The position numbers and the translations under genes are program-made. From contig CAXTVM010000002.1 of assembly GCA_964247725.1 (NCBI GenBank), positions 30,876-94,875 of the forward strand: a DNA stretch of 64,000 nt, written 5' to 3'. This stretch comes from an uncultured Acetobacteraceae bacterium. GTDB lineage: Bacteria; Pseudomonadota; Alphaproteobacteria; Acetobacterales; Acetobacteraceae. Under the pieces are notes generated by a model that ran no database searches, was not told where the DNA came from, and saw only the letters and a list, made by a program, of their open reading frames with translations. Positions within the stretch are counted from its first letter, which is position 1; each line of letters begins with the position of its first letter. Below are positions 27,945 through 37,509 of this stretch, in pieces.

Positions 27945-29481
27945 ACCTTGCATCCGACAGCAGGCTCGGCCGAGCCCGGCTGTCCTCGTTGAGGTCGGCG
28001 AGACCGATAGGATACTCGCCGGTGAAGCAGGCGTCACAATAGAACGGCCGCGCCGGGTCGCGGCCCTCCGGCCGGCCCAGCGCCCGGTAGAGCCCATCCA
28101 GAGAGATGAAGGCCAGGCTGTCGGCGCCGATCAGCCGCGCCATCTCGGCGGTGTCGTGGTTGGCGGCCAGCAGCTTGCCGCGCTCCGGCGTATCGATGCC
28201 GTAGAAGCAGCTGTGCGTGGTCGGCGGCGAGGAGATCCGCATGTGCACCTCGGAGGCGCCGGCGGCGCGCACCATCTCGACGATCTTGCGGCTGGTGGTG
28301 CCGCGCACGATCGAGTCGTCCACCAGGATCACCCGCTTGCCGGCGATCATCGCCCGGTTGACGGAGTGCTTCAGCTTGACGCCGAGGTTGCGGATCTGGT
28401 CGGTCGGCTCGATGAAGGTGCGGCCGACATAGTGGTTGCGGATGATGCCGAGCTCGTACGGGATGCCGCCCTCGACCGCGTAGCCCATCGCCGAAGGCAC
28501 GCCGGAATCCGGCACCGGCACCACCACGTCGGCGTCGACCGGGCTTTCGCGAGCGAGCTCGATGCCGATCCGCTTGCGCGCGGCATACACGCCGTGTCCG
28601 TCCAGCACCGAGTCCGGGCGCGCGAAGTAGATGTACTCGAACACGCAGAACCGTGCCGGCTTGTCGCCGAACGGGCGGATCGAGCGCACGCCGGCATCGT
28701 CGATGATGACGATCTCGCCCGGCTCGACGTCGCGCACGAACTCGGCGCCGACGATGTCGAGCGCGCAGGTCTCGCTGGCCAGCACCCAGGCCGGCTTGGC
28801 TGCGTCGGACTGCCCGGCATCCCGGGCCGGATCGATGCGGCCCAAGATCAGCGGGCGCACGCCGAGCGGGTCGCGCACGCCGATCAGCGCCTCCTGGCTC
28901 AGCACCACCAGCGAGTAGGCGCCGATCACCTGCTTCAGCGCGTCGGTCAGCCGGTCGACCACCGAGGTGTAGAGGCTGATCGCGATCAGGTGGATGAACA
29001 CCTCGCTGTCGGTAGTCGACTGGAAGATGCAGCCGCGCCGCACCAGGGCGCGGCGGAGCGAGGTGGCGTTGGTGAGGTTGCCGTTGTGGCTGACCGCAAG
29101 GCCGCCGAACTCGAACTCGGCGTAGAGCGGCTGCACGTTGCGGATCACGGTGGCGCCGGTGGTGGCGTAGCGGTTGTGGCCGACCGCCGCACTGCCCGGC
29201 AGGCCGCCGATGATGCGGGCGTCACCGAACACGTCGCCGACCAGCCCCAGCCCCTTGTGGGTGTGGAAGCGCACATCCGGCCCGGTGGTTGAGAACGAGA
29301 CGATGCCGGTCGCTTCCTGGCCGCGATGCTGCAGCGCGTGCAGCCCGAGTGCCGTCATGGCGCCGGCGTCGTGCGCGTTCCAGATTCCGAACACGCCGCA
29401 TTCCTCGTGCGGCTTGTCGTCGTCATGGGGTCCCGAGGGGTCGGGCAGGCTGTTACCGGGAAGGCCGGGGGCGGCGGTCAT
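27943..29481 (-). CDS. purF: Amidophosphoribosyltransferase
   Basis: EECGVFG, LQHRGQE, GHNRYAT, CVFEYIYFARPDS, VPDSG, LVDDSIVRGTT, CFYGIDTP. Confidence 0.97.
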   Translation of the reverse strand: MTAAPGLPGNSLPDPSGPHDDDKPHEECGVFGIWNAHDAGAMTALGLHALQHRGQEATGIVSFSTTGPDVRFHTHKGLGLVGDVFGDARIIGGLPGSAAVGHNRYATTGATVIRNVQPLYAEFEFGGLAVSHNGNLTNATSLRRALVRRGCIFQSTTDSEVFIHLIAISLYTSVVDRLTDALKQVIGAYSLVVLSQEALIGVRDPLGVRPLILGRIDPARDAGQSDAAKPAWVLASETCALDIVGAEFVRDVEPGEIVIIDDAGVRSIRPFGDKPARFCVFEYIYFARPDSVLDGHGVYAARKRIGIELARESPVDADVVVPVPDSGVPSAMGYAVEGGIPYELGIIRNHYVGRTFIEPTDQIRNLGVKLKHSVNRAMIAGKRVILVDDSIVRGTTSRKIVEMVRAAGASEVHMRISSPPTTHSCFYGIDTPERGKLLAANHDTAEMARLIGADSLAFISLDGLYRALGRPEGRDPARPFYCDACFTGEYPIGLADLNEDSRARPSLLSDAR

Positions 29482-29517
29482 GGTGGGCTCTCCTGCCGGC
29501 GCGGGCGGGTGCGGCGG

Positions 29518-30045
29518 TCAGATGGCGTGGTCGGCCTGCGGCGTCGTGACCACAGGCCCAAGGTCGGGGCGGAACCGGGGCGGCAGCCGCGCGGCGACGA
29601 ACGCGGCGCCCCGATCCACGAACGGCAGGCTCCGGCTGCTGCGGAGCGCCCACGGCCACTCCGCCACCGGCAGCAGCGGCGCCACCACCAGAAAAGCGAT
29701 CACCAGCACCGCGAACCCGCGCAGCAACCCGAACGCGAACCCCGCCAGCCGATCGATGCCGCTCAGCAGCGAGCCGCGCACCAGCGTGCCGAGAGCGCCC
29801 GCGGTCAGCAGGAAGGCGATCAGCAATACCACGAACACGACCACGAACGCCACCGGATCGGCCACCGCGTCGTCGCCGATCATACGCCGTGAGAATGGCA
29901 GCAGCTGGCCGTACAGCCGCTCCGCTAGGATGGCGGCCCCCACCCAGGCGCACAGGCCCAGAGCCTCCCGAACGAAGCCGCGCATCAGCCCGACCAGCGC
30001 CGACAGCAGCAGGATCGCCAGCACGACGAGATCGATCCAGCTCAT
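29518..30045 (-). CDS. cvpA: CvpA family membrane protein
   Basis: WIDLVVL...GLMRGFVREAL, LSGIDRLAGFAFGLLRG; directly upstream of purF. Confidence 0.92.
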   Translation of the reverse strand: MSWIDLVVLAILLLSALVGLMRGFVREALGLCAWVGAAILAERLYGQLLPFSRRMIGDDAVADPVAFVVVFVVLLIAFLLTAGALGTLVRGSLLSGIDRLAGFAFGLLRGFAVLVIAFLVVAPLLPVAEWPWALRSSRSLPFVDRGAAFVAARLPPRFRPDLGPVVTTPQADHAI

Positions 30046-30138
30046 GCCGCGCTATATCGCGCCGTCGCGACGGAAAGCCAAGGCCGGGGCACCCGGCCAC
30101 GCGACGCCGCTGCCGCGGGCGGGACGCCGGCCGCTTGA

Positions 30139-30178
30139 GGCAGCTTGGTGCCGTCGATCCGCCAGAGCTTCGGCAGCC
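30139..30178. repeat. 40-bp imperfect direct repeat, left copy
   Basis: GGCAGCTTGGTGCCGTCGATCCGCCAGAGCTTCGGCAGCC; 36/40 identical to 35101-35140 by manual alignment. Confidence 0.85.
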
Positions 30179-30474
30179 CGTACGGCACCCTGCTCGCCGG
30201 GACTGCGCGGCCACGTGGCGTCGGCAACTCGGATGGTCCCGGTCGGCCGGCGGGTTGCGCGCACGACATCGTGTCGATGGAGCCTCGATGCGCAGCTGAG
30301 GCGATCGCTGCCTCGACGTCGCCTGCGGCGGGCGGCGTCCGACCATCCGTACCCCTGGAGCCTGCTTATGCTTCGGCAGACTGTTAAGGGTCCTGAAACG
30401 ATGTGCATTGTAATTTAGGTAAACGGCATGAAAACAATCTCAAATGTCACCATGACCGGAAGCGGGAGGTCGAT

Positions 30475-31212
30475 TTGTCCAGTCGGATTCTTGTCGTCGA
30501 AGATGATTTGATACAGCAACAAGTCCTTGAGCGGTTTCTCGTGTCTCATGGATACTACGTCGCGACTGCCGCAACCGGATTGGAGGCGATCAAAAAGATA
30601 CGCGATGACCGGTTCGATGTCATCATCCTTGATTATGCCATGCCGGGCTTCGATGGTGTCGACGCCGCGAAGTGGATTAGGAGAGAGATGACGGGCGTCA
30701 TCCAACCCTACCTGATCGCACTCAGCGCGAACATTCAGGACATGCTCAGCAACGAGTTGGAGGCCGAGACGGTCTTCGACCACGTCCAGCAGAAGCCCTG
30801 GAACCCGAAGGCGCTGATCACGGTCCTGCAAGGTCTTCAGAACGATCGGAGCCTGGCGCACTTCAAGCAGGCCCGTGATGGCGATCCGCGCGGCGGACTG
30901 ATCCCGCAAGGCGCCTCTCCGAGTTGCGCGTTGGAAGACGATGATGCCGACGCACCTCTGCTGCGGGTCACGACTTGCCTAGAGAAGGTGAAGGTGCTCA
31001 TCGTGGATGAAGAGGAGTCGGTCCTCTCCGCGTTCAGGGTTTCTCTGGAAGAAGCCAATTACGACGTGAGCCTGGCGATCAGCATGGCGGAGGCGATTAG
31101 GGCTCTAGAAAACGGGACTTTCGACATCGTGTTCGCCGACTACTTCGGAACGAGTAAGTTCTGTGGGAGTCCAACGGCTTTTCTGAAGCGAGCACGCCAA
31201 CACAACGCTTGA
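30475..31212 (+). CDS. Response regulator with tandem receiver domains (second apparently truncated), no output domain
   Basis: GGGAGG then TTG at 30475; RILVVEDD...IILDYAMP...QKPW; second REC KVLIVDEE...IVFADY ends abruptly. Confidence 0.75.
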   Translation: MSSRILVVEDDLIQQQVLERFLVSHGYYVATAATGLEAIKKIRDDRFDVIILDYAMPGFDGVDAAKWIRREMTGVIQPYLIALSANIQDMLSNELEAETVFDHVQQKPWNPKALITVLQGLQNDRSLAHFKQARDGDPRGGLIPQGASPSCALEDDDADAPLLRVTTCLEKVKVLIVDEEESVLSAFRVSLEEANYDVSLAISMAEAIRALENGTFDIVFADYFGTSKFCGSPTAFLKRARQHNA

Positions 31213-31477
31213 TGTCCCGTTCGGATCCGCCGAAGGGTAGGAAGTGGATGATCCGGTCGGGTTGAACTACCAGAGCCAGGTCGGAGCTGCAGGCCGGGTC
31301 GTCTATGCTCCCGTCGACGAGTTCCCAGCTCATGAGGGAACTCCAACTGCTGCCGGACGAACGGTCAGCGATTGAGAATGAACACCAGCCGATCAAATTC
31401 GCTTGCTGATGGCTGGTAGACTCACGGAGACGTGCTCGCGCACCATAACTCGGGCCACGCGACCCTCTGCGATCCCG

Positions 31478-34400
31478 TTATCGGGACATCACCGGAGAAG
31501 GAATCCGACCCTTCAACTCCCTGACTAGGAAATCAAGATTGGTCGACAGGCCGTCGACCAGCAGTCGGGTCACCGGTTTACCCGCCTTGATCACGTGATC
31601 GAGTAGCTGCGCGGCCGCAGCAAGTTGCTCAAAACCGAACATGCCGGCGCTGCCAGCCAGGATATGGGCCGCCGAGCCCAGCGTATGATCGGGGCATGCG
31701 GGAACATCCAACCCCTGTAGCGCCCGCAGCAGCTCTTCACCGCGGTCCTTGATTGTCGACAGATAAGACTCGATCGCCTCGGGTGAGAGAATGGCAGTCA
31801 TGCTGTCAAACGTGGCAATGTTAAGCGGTACAGGTCGGCCGTCCGTCTGCGCATCGAGAGCGGATATGGGGAGACACTGCGTATTACCGGCATGAGCGGG
31901 ACTAATCTTCCCCACATCCGGCTCGACCGTTACGGGCCCAGCCCGGCCGGACGTGCTGCGAGAGGCGAGAAGACGCTCCAACGAGGCGAGCAGAGCGGCT
32001 TGCTTGAACGGCTTCGCCAGATGAGCGTCCATACCGGCTGCGTAGCACTCCTCGATCTGCTCGCTGAAGGCCTGTGCCGTCAGGGCGACGATCGGCACCC
32101 TGCCCCTTGGGCCTGAGAGCAGGCGGATCCGACGTGTCGCCTCAAGGCCATCTATTCCAGGCATCTGAACGTCCATGAGGATAACGTCGAAATCGTCCAC
32201 CGAGGCCGTATCGACGGCTTCGGAGCCGCCCTCCGCCAGCGTGACCTCATGGCCGGAGGACTGAAGGAACGAGGCTGTGATGTCCCGGTTCATCGCAATA
32301 TCGTCAACCACCAGGATCCGGGACCGCTCCAGGAGCCCCGTCCTCTCGCTCCCGGACGAAGCTCGTTCCATGCTGGGATTGACAGTTGGGGATACGTCCG
32401 GAGCCGAGGACAAGTCCAGCCAGAACACGCTTCCTCCGTCTGGTCCGTTTCGATGTTCTATGCGAGCCTTCAGCATGGCGGCAATCTGCGCCGAGAGCGC
32501 CAGACCTAGACCGGCCCCCTCGACCGTTGAATCGTTGAAGCCAAGACGCTCGAACTTCTGGAAGAGGCGCGGCTTAAGCTCGATCGGGATGCCGGGCCCG
32601 GTGTCGGCGACCTCGATCCGGACGCAGAGGCTCGCGATGGGCTGAAGACGCAGTTCGACGGAGCCGTGAGCGGTAAACTTTATGGCGTTGCCGAGCAGGT
32701 TTAGCAGGATCTGCCGCAGCCTGCCGGCATCGGTGACGATCCAGCTAGGCGTCCCCGGAGCGATGACCAGACCAAGCCTCAAGCCCTTCGCTTTCGCGAC
32801 CGGTTCGACAAGGTCGGCACATGCACGTGCTAACAGGGGCAGGTCTACCTCGCTGAGCTTCAACTCGACGGTTTCCGCCTCGATCGCGGAAAGGTTGAGC
32901 ACCCTGTTTATCATCTGGAGAAGGTGCTCGCCGGCCTCCAGCATGGCCGAAACCCAGTGAACCTGCTTGTTATTGAGCTCACCTCCCAACTTCAGCAGCT
33001 CGGCGTAGCCGAGGATGCCGTTCAAGGGTGTCCGCAACTCGTGGCTCATTCCCGCAAGGAAGCGTGACTTGGCCTGATTGGCCCGTTCCGCCTGATCCTT
33101 GGCGCGCGCCAGGTGGCGAGCGAGACGGTTCAGCTCCACGTTTGCCGTCCGCAGCTCCTCAGCCTGCGCATAACGCTCCGAGATGTCACGGAGGGAGAAG
33201 ATCAGCGACGTGGCACCTCCGGCCGGAGAGGCCTGCACGGCGTCGACCGTCGCCTCGATCCAGACCCAGAGCCTGGTTACATGTCGAACACGGTAGGTGA
33301 CGCAGGCGCGCCCGCACGCGTCCGTCAGGAGAGGCTGGACCGCCTTGATGATCTCTCCGGCATCCTCGGGGTGCATCGTGTCTTCCAGCCTGACGCCGAG
33401 CATCTGCTCCGGCTCGCGACCAAACACGGTTCGGCAGGCTGGCGAGCAGTATGTGCACCTGAAATGCTGATCGAGGCACATGATCACTTCGCTCGTGCTG
33501 TCCGCGAGCATGCGGTACCGCTCTTCGCTGTCATGCAGCACGGCCTCAACCGCGCGACGGTCCGTGATGTCGCGCACGTTGGCGATGACCTGCATATCCT
33601 CGTCGCCGTGTTGCAGCAGCCGCGCACGCGTCTCCACCCAGAGCAGCGACCCGTCCTTGCAGATATAGCGGAAGCACGACGTGACCTGGGCGGCACCGGC
33701 CAGCAGGGCTGGTACGATGTCCGCCAGCATCTGCCTGTCGTCGGGGTGGACGATATCGGCCGATCTTCTGGTGACGGCCTCCTCGACGCTCCATCCGGTG
33801 AGCCCGGTGAACGCGGGCGACGCGTAGCTTCGCGAACCGTCCAGCGTCATGCAGACGATGGCGTCGCTCGAATTCTCCGACAGCAGGCGGTAGCGATGTT
33901 CGGCCTGCTGCCTGATCCGGACCTGGCGGGCGAAGCGGCTGCCCGCCAGCGCCAGGGCGAGCGACACGAGGAGGCTGACCGCCAGGTGAAGCTCGGCGTC
34001 GGCGCGCCAGCCGGCCAGCACCTCGTCGAGCGCGTGGGCCACGACGATGAAGAGCGGGTAGTCGCCGACCATGCGGAAGCTGCCCAGGCGCGTGATGTCG
34101 TCGAACGGCGAAGGGTTGTCGAAGCTGCCCGAGACCTGCCCGGCGCTGATCCTGGAGAATACCGCTCCGGAGGATATGACCTCGGCGATCTTGGTATGTT
34201 TGCCGGTGCGCGCGATGACGAATCCCCGGGTGGAGGCAAGCGTGATCGCGCCCTGCGGACCGATCGCGAAGCTGCCGTAGTACTTCAGAAGGACCGCCAC
34301 CGAGATCCTCGCGCGCACGACCCCGGCGAAGTGGCCCTGCGGATCGTCGAGGCGACGCGACACCGTGATGCTCAACTGCCCGTCGGCGCGCGAGCGGATG

Positions 34401-34867
34401 ACGTCCCCGACCAGGACGCCGCGGTCGGCGTGGCCTCGATGATACGCGAAGTAGGCACGGTCTCCGACCGCGAGCGCGCCGCCCGCGGCGTTCCGCTCGC
34501 CGGCAACCTCGGCTCCCGCGGCGTCGAACACGGCCAGGCCGGAAAGCGCCGGCACCATCGGCAGGCGCGTCGCGATCAGCCGCTCCAGTCCGGCCTTGTG
34601 TTCCGCCGAAAGCGGTCCCGCCTCGACCCGCTCCCGGAGGCCGAGCGTGAGCAGGTCGGCGACGGCGAAGGTGTCGTGGGCATGCTCGGCGAGCGAGCGG
34701 GTCAGGTTCGCGGTTTCGATCTTGTCCGCCGCGATCGTCGCCTCGCGCATCTGCCAGGTGCGCCAGCCGTCAAGCACCAGGAGCAGCAGGCACATGAAGA
34801 GCACCGCGGCGATGATGCCGACATGCAAGGGAATGCGGCGTCGCCGGAGTGAGAGTGTCAGCCGCAT
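31478..34867 (-). CDS. Hybrid sensor kinase (TM-Cache-like-TM, PAS, PAS, HisKA, HATPase, REC, HPt)
   Basis: Periplasmic ITVSRRL; two PAS/PAC (WVETRA, WVWIEA); SHELRTPLNGI; GAGLGLAL; LMDVQMP; HILAGSAGMFG. Confidence 0.9.
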   Translation of the reverse strand: MRLTLSLRRRRIPLHVGIIAAVLFMCLLLLVLDGWRTWQMREATIAADKIETANLTRSLAEHAHDTFAVADLLTLGLRERVEAGPLSAEHKAGLERLIATRLPMVPALSGLAVFDAAGAEVAGERNAAGGALAVGDRAYFAYHRGHADRGVLVGDVIRSRADGQLSITVSRRLDDPQGHFAGVVRARISVAVLLKYYGSFAIGPQGAITLASTRGFVIARTGKHTKIAEVISSGAVFSRISAGQVSGSFDNPSPFDDITRLGSFRMVGDYPLFIVVAHALDEVLAGWRADAELHLAVSLLVSLALALAGSRFARQVRIRQQAEHRYRLLSENSSDAIVCMTLDGSRSYASPAFTGLTGWSVEEAVTRRSADIVHPDDRQMLADIVPALLAGAAQVTSCFRYICKDGSLLWVETRARLLQHGDEDMQVIANVRDITDRRAVEAVLHDSEERYRMLADSTSEVIMCLDQHFRCTYCSPACRTVFGREPEQMLGVRLEDTMHPEDAGEIIKAVQPLLTDACGRACVTYRVRHVTRLWVWIEATVDAVQASPAGGATSLIFSLRDISERYAQAEELRTANVELNRLARHLARAKDQAERANQAKSRFLAGMSHELRTPLNGILGYAELLKLGGELNNKQVHWVSAMLEAGEHLLQMINRVLNLSAIEAETVELKLSEVDLPLLARACADLVEPVAKAKGLRLGLVIAPGTPSWIVTDAGRLRQILLNLLGNAIKFTAHGSVELRLQPIASLCVRIEVADTGPGIPIELKPRLFQKFERLGFNDSTVEGAGLGLALSAQIAAMLKARIEHRNGPDGGSVFWLDLSSAPDVSPTVNPSMERASSGSERTGLLERSRILVVDDIAMNRDITASFLQSSGHEVTLAEGGSEAVDTASVDDFDVILMDVQMPGIDGLEATRRIRLLSGPRGRVPIVALTAQAFSEQIEECYAAGMDAHLAKPFKQAALLASLERLLASRSTSGRAGPVTVEPDVGKISPAHAGNTQCLPISALDAQTDGRPVPLNIATFDSMTAILSPEAIESYLSTIKDRGEELLRALQGLDVPACPDHTLGSAAHILAGSAGMFGFEQLAAAAQLLDHVIKAGKPVTRLLVDGLSTNLDFLVRELKGRIPSPVMSR

Positions 34868-35096
34868 GCCGAGAGGTCCCTTCTCTGTTGGACCACTCAA
34901 CCAGCAATGTCTTTACGAGGCGTTGAGCACCGCTCGATCTCCCGCTTGAACGGTGCGCGTGCGTTGCGCCGGCTCGATCGCGACCCGTGATCCCGAACCC
35001 GCTGCGGCCGGATGGCGAGATCGCCCGCAAGACCGCGCGATCGTCGAAACGACCTGACCGACGTCCGATGTCGGGCGTATCGAGCAGCTCGGCCGT

Positions 35097-35560
35097 TCAG
35101 GGCAGCTTGGTGCTGTCGATCCGCCAAGGCTTCAGCAGCCGGCGCGGCGCCTGTCCCGGCGCCTGGTTGAGCTGCATCAGCAGGCTGCCGAGCTGCTCGC
35201 GCTTGTGCAGCTCGATCCAGATCTCTTCCGGCGACAGCCCGCAGGCGGCCCAGAGCGACAACAGGGTCTGCAGCAACGAGGCGCTGGACTGCACCAGGGC
35301 GGCGGGCTGGTCGTTGATCGTGTCGGCGACGCCCTGCAGGGCGTGTTGTCCGAATTCCTGCGCCAGGCGGCGGACCCGCGCCGCCGGCTCCGCTGCCGCC
35401 GGACCGGCGGCGGCCTCGACCGCGGCCCGATCCCACAGCGCCGGGAACGCAGAGGCGGCACTGGCCTGCCTCACCCGCCGGCGCCAGACGGCCGTAGCGT
35501 CCCAAAGGCGGCGCCGGCGCCGGCGGGCGGCGCGGGCCGGATTGGCGGCCAGGGTGTGCG
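35097..35560 (-). CDS. Degenerate HisE (phosphoribosyl-ATP pyrophosphatase)-like protein; start uncertain
   Basis: RLAQEFGQHAL...LVQSSASLLQTLLSLWAACGLSPEEIWIELHKRE follows the HisE pattern but lacks the acidic residues. Confidence 0.5.
35101..35140. repeat. 40-bp imperfect direct repeat, right copy (3' end of the HisE-like gene)
   Basis: GGCAGCTTGGTGCTGTCGATCCGCCAAGGCTTCAGCAGCC. Confidence 0.85.
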
Positions 35561-35674
35561 CATGAGGGGGTCGCCTTATCCGCGGAGGGTGGCCCGGGCG
35601 GGCGCGCCGTGATCGGCCGGCTTCATGGGCGCGCATCGACGCGGTCGGCGCAAGCGCCGCCGAGCCGCTCCGCC

Positions 35675-37345
35675 TCAGGCCGCCAGCCTGAGCTCGTCTG
35701 GATAGAGCATGGTGCCGGCGACATGGATGTCGAGGAAGGTCTCGCCGCCGGCGCAAGGCAGGTCGAGGGCGGCGTCGCCGTCGGTCCAGCGCAGGGGGCC
35801 CTCGCTGTCGTGCCAGCCGCTCATCGCGAGCTCGCTCGCCGGCACCACCTGCTCCCGCAGCCCGGTCCACAGCACCAGACGCTCGACTGCGACGCCGAGC
35901 CGGCGGCGGTCGTCCATGAATGGCCCCACCGCCTGCGCCGGCACCGCCGCCCGCGACAGCAGGCGAGTCGGCCGGGCGCCGCGCGGTACGTGGAACATGT
36001 GGCGCTGCCGGTTGTGCCAGCAGGCGGCGAGCTCGCGCCCGTCATCAAGCAGCAGCCGGAGGTCAGGCTGGTCGGTCAGCGCCGCCATCGCCGGCACCGG
36101 ACCGAGCCCGAGGCCTGCCGCGCGCTCGGCCAGCCGGGTCCAGATCGGCTCCACCGCGTCGCGCGCCACCGCCAGCGGGGCCGCGGTGCGGAGGCCGGGT
36201 CGGGGTGCTGCGCCGCCGGCGCCGTCCTGAAACATCGCGCGGTTGCCGGTGTCGAGGTAGCTCTCAGTGCTGAGTCCCTCCGACAGCAGGATGCCATGCC
36301 GCCCGAGCTCGACATGGTGGTAGTCGTACTCGGCCAGGCTGCGGTCGACCAGCACCGAGGTGCCGTTGACCAGCATGCGCGCGGGGACCAGGCCGGCCTC
36401 GGTGAGGATGCAGTGCTCGGGCGTCACCAGCAGGTCGCGGTGCGGCACGTTCATGGCAAAGGCGTGCCGGACGATGCGGACCGGGTAGGCGTCGTCGCGG
36501 TCGGCGTGCTCGTGCACGCGCATCCGGCGGCCGCCGACCCAGGTCACCGGCCGCGCCACCGGGCCGCCATCCTCGAGCGTCGTGACCAGGTCGCCAGAGC
36601 GCAGAGCTTCGACCGCGACCTCGCCGGCGGGGGTGGCGATCATGGTGCCGCGCAGGAAGCAGGTCGCGTAGTCGATGACCAGGTCGTTTGCGTAGGAGCT
36701 GGCGTTGCCGCCTTCGACCGCGGCTCCGCTGGTCAGCACGAAGTTCGCCGCCGACCCGCCGCCTGCGATGTCGAGGCCGTAGGTGATGCCATTGTTCCGG
36801 AAGGTCAGCACGCCGTTGCTGTAGCCGAGGATGGCGGCATTCAGATCGACGATCCCGTTCAGCACGACCTGGTCGCCGGCCTGGTTGAAGCCGGTGAGCG
36901 GGATCGACGTGGCTGCCGCGGGGCTGTCCAGCACCAGCGTGTTGTCGATGCCCTTGAACGTCACGCCGTCGCCGGTGGCGGTTAGGAACGTGCCGCCGAG
37001 TTCCAGGGTGCCGTAGCCCTCGTAGCTCTCCGCCGGACCGGCGGTGCCGGTCGTGAGCGAGCCCGCCGCTTTCGTATAGGTAGAGCTCGTCGCGGCGGCG
37101 GTCGAGAATCCGACGTCGAACGTCGTCGCAAAGCTCTGCGGGCCGACCTGACTGTCGATGACATGCGAGTAGTAGCCCGCATCGGCGGTCACGGCGCCGG
37201 GTGCCGCCGCGGTGATCGCGAGCGAGACGATGTTGGTACCCGACGTGCCGAAGGCCGCCAGGGTGAAATCATACTGCAGCGAGCCGGTGAAGCTGTCGCT
37301 GTAGCTGTAGGTGAACTCGGCACTGGTGCCCGTCAAATCGGCCAT
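35675..37345 (-). CDS. Hint (Hedgehog/intein, BIL-type) domain protein with Ser/Thr/Gly-rich N-terminal region
   Basis: ATCFLRGTMIATPAGEVAVEALRSGD, PVRIVRHAF, LLVTPEH, YHHVEL, GILLSEGLSTESY. Confidence 0.9.
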   Translation of the reverse strand: MADLTGTSAEFTYSYSDSFTGSLQYDFTLAAFGTSGTNIVSLAITAAAPGAVTADAGYYSHVIDSQVGPQSFATTFDVGFSTAAATSSTYTKAAGSLTTGTAGPAESYEGYGTLELGGTFLTATGDGVTFKGIDNTLVLDSPAAATSIPLTGFNQAGDQVVLNGIVDLNAAILGYSNGVLTFRNNGITYGLDIAGGGSAANFVLTSGAAVEGGNASSYANDLVIDYATCFLRGTMIATPAGEVAVEALRSGDLVTTLEDGGPVARPVTWVGGRRMRVHEHADRDDAYPVRIVRHAFAMNVPHRDLLVTPEHCILTEAGLVPARMLVNGTSVLVDRSLAEYDYHHVELGRHGILLSEGLSTESYLDTGNRAMFQDGAGGAAPRPGLRTAAPLAVARDAVEPIWTRLAERAAGLGLGPVPAMAALTDQPDLRLLLDDGRELAACWHNRQRHMFHVPRGARPTRLLSRAAVPAQAVGPFMDDRRRLGVAVERLVLWTGLREQVVPASELAMSGWHDSEGPLRWTDGDAALDLPCAGGETFLDIHVAGTMLYPDELRLAA

Positions 37346-37509
37346 CGTCGCGCTCCCGCACCGGACGGCTCGCGACGCCGCGAACCTGGGCACCACGCTT
37401 AGTCGCAGGTTGCCGCCGCCTGCAATCGAAAGTTAACGATTTGTTGATCTCTAGTTTGTCACTCGGCGATGCGACTTCCGCCAAGTCTCAAACTCCGAGA
37501 CTGACGATG

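Noticed and set aside
30042-30269. radA upstream of cvpA
   Set aside because: The ORF coupled to cvpA has no RadA/Lon-like motifs; it matches the HisE-like 3' end instead and is reported with the direct repeat.
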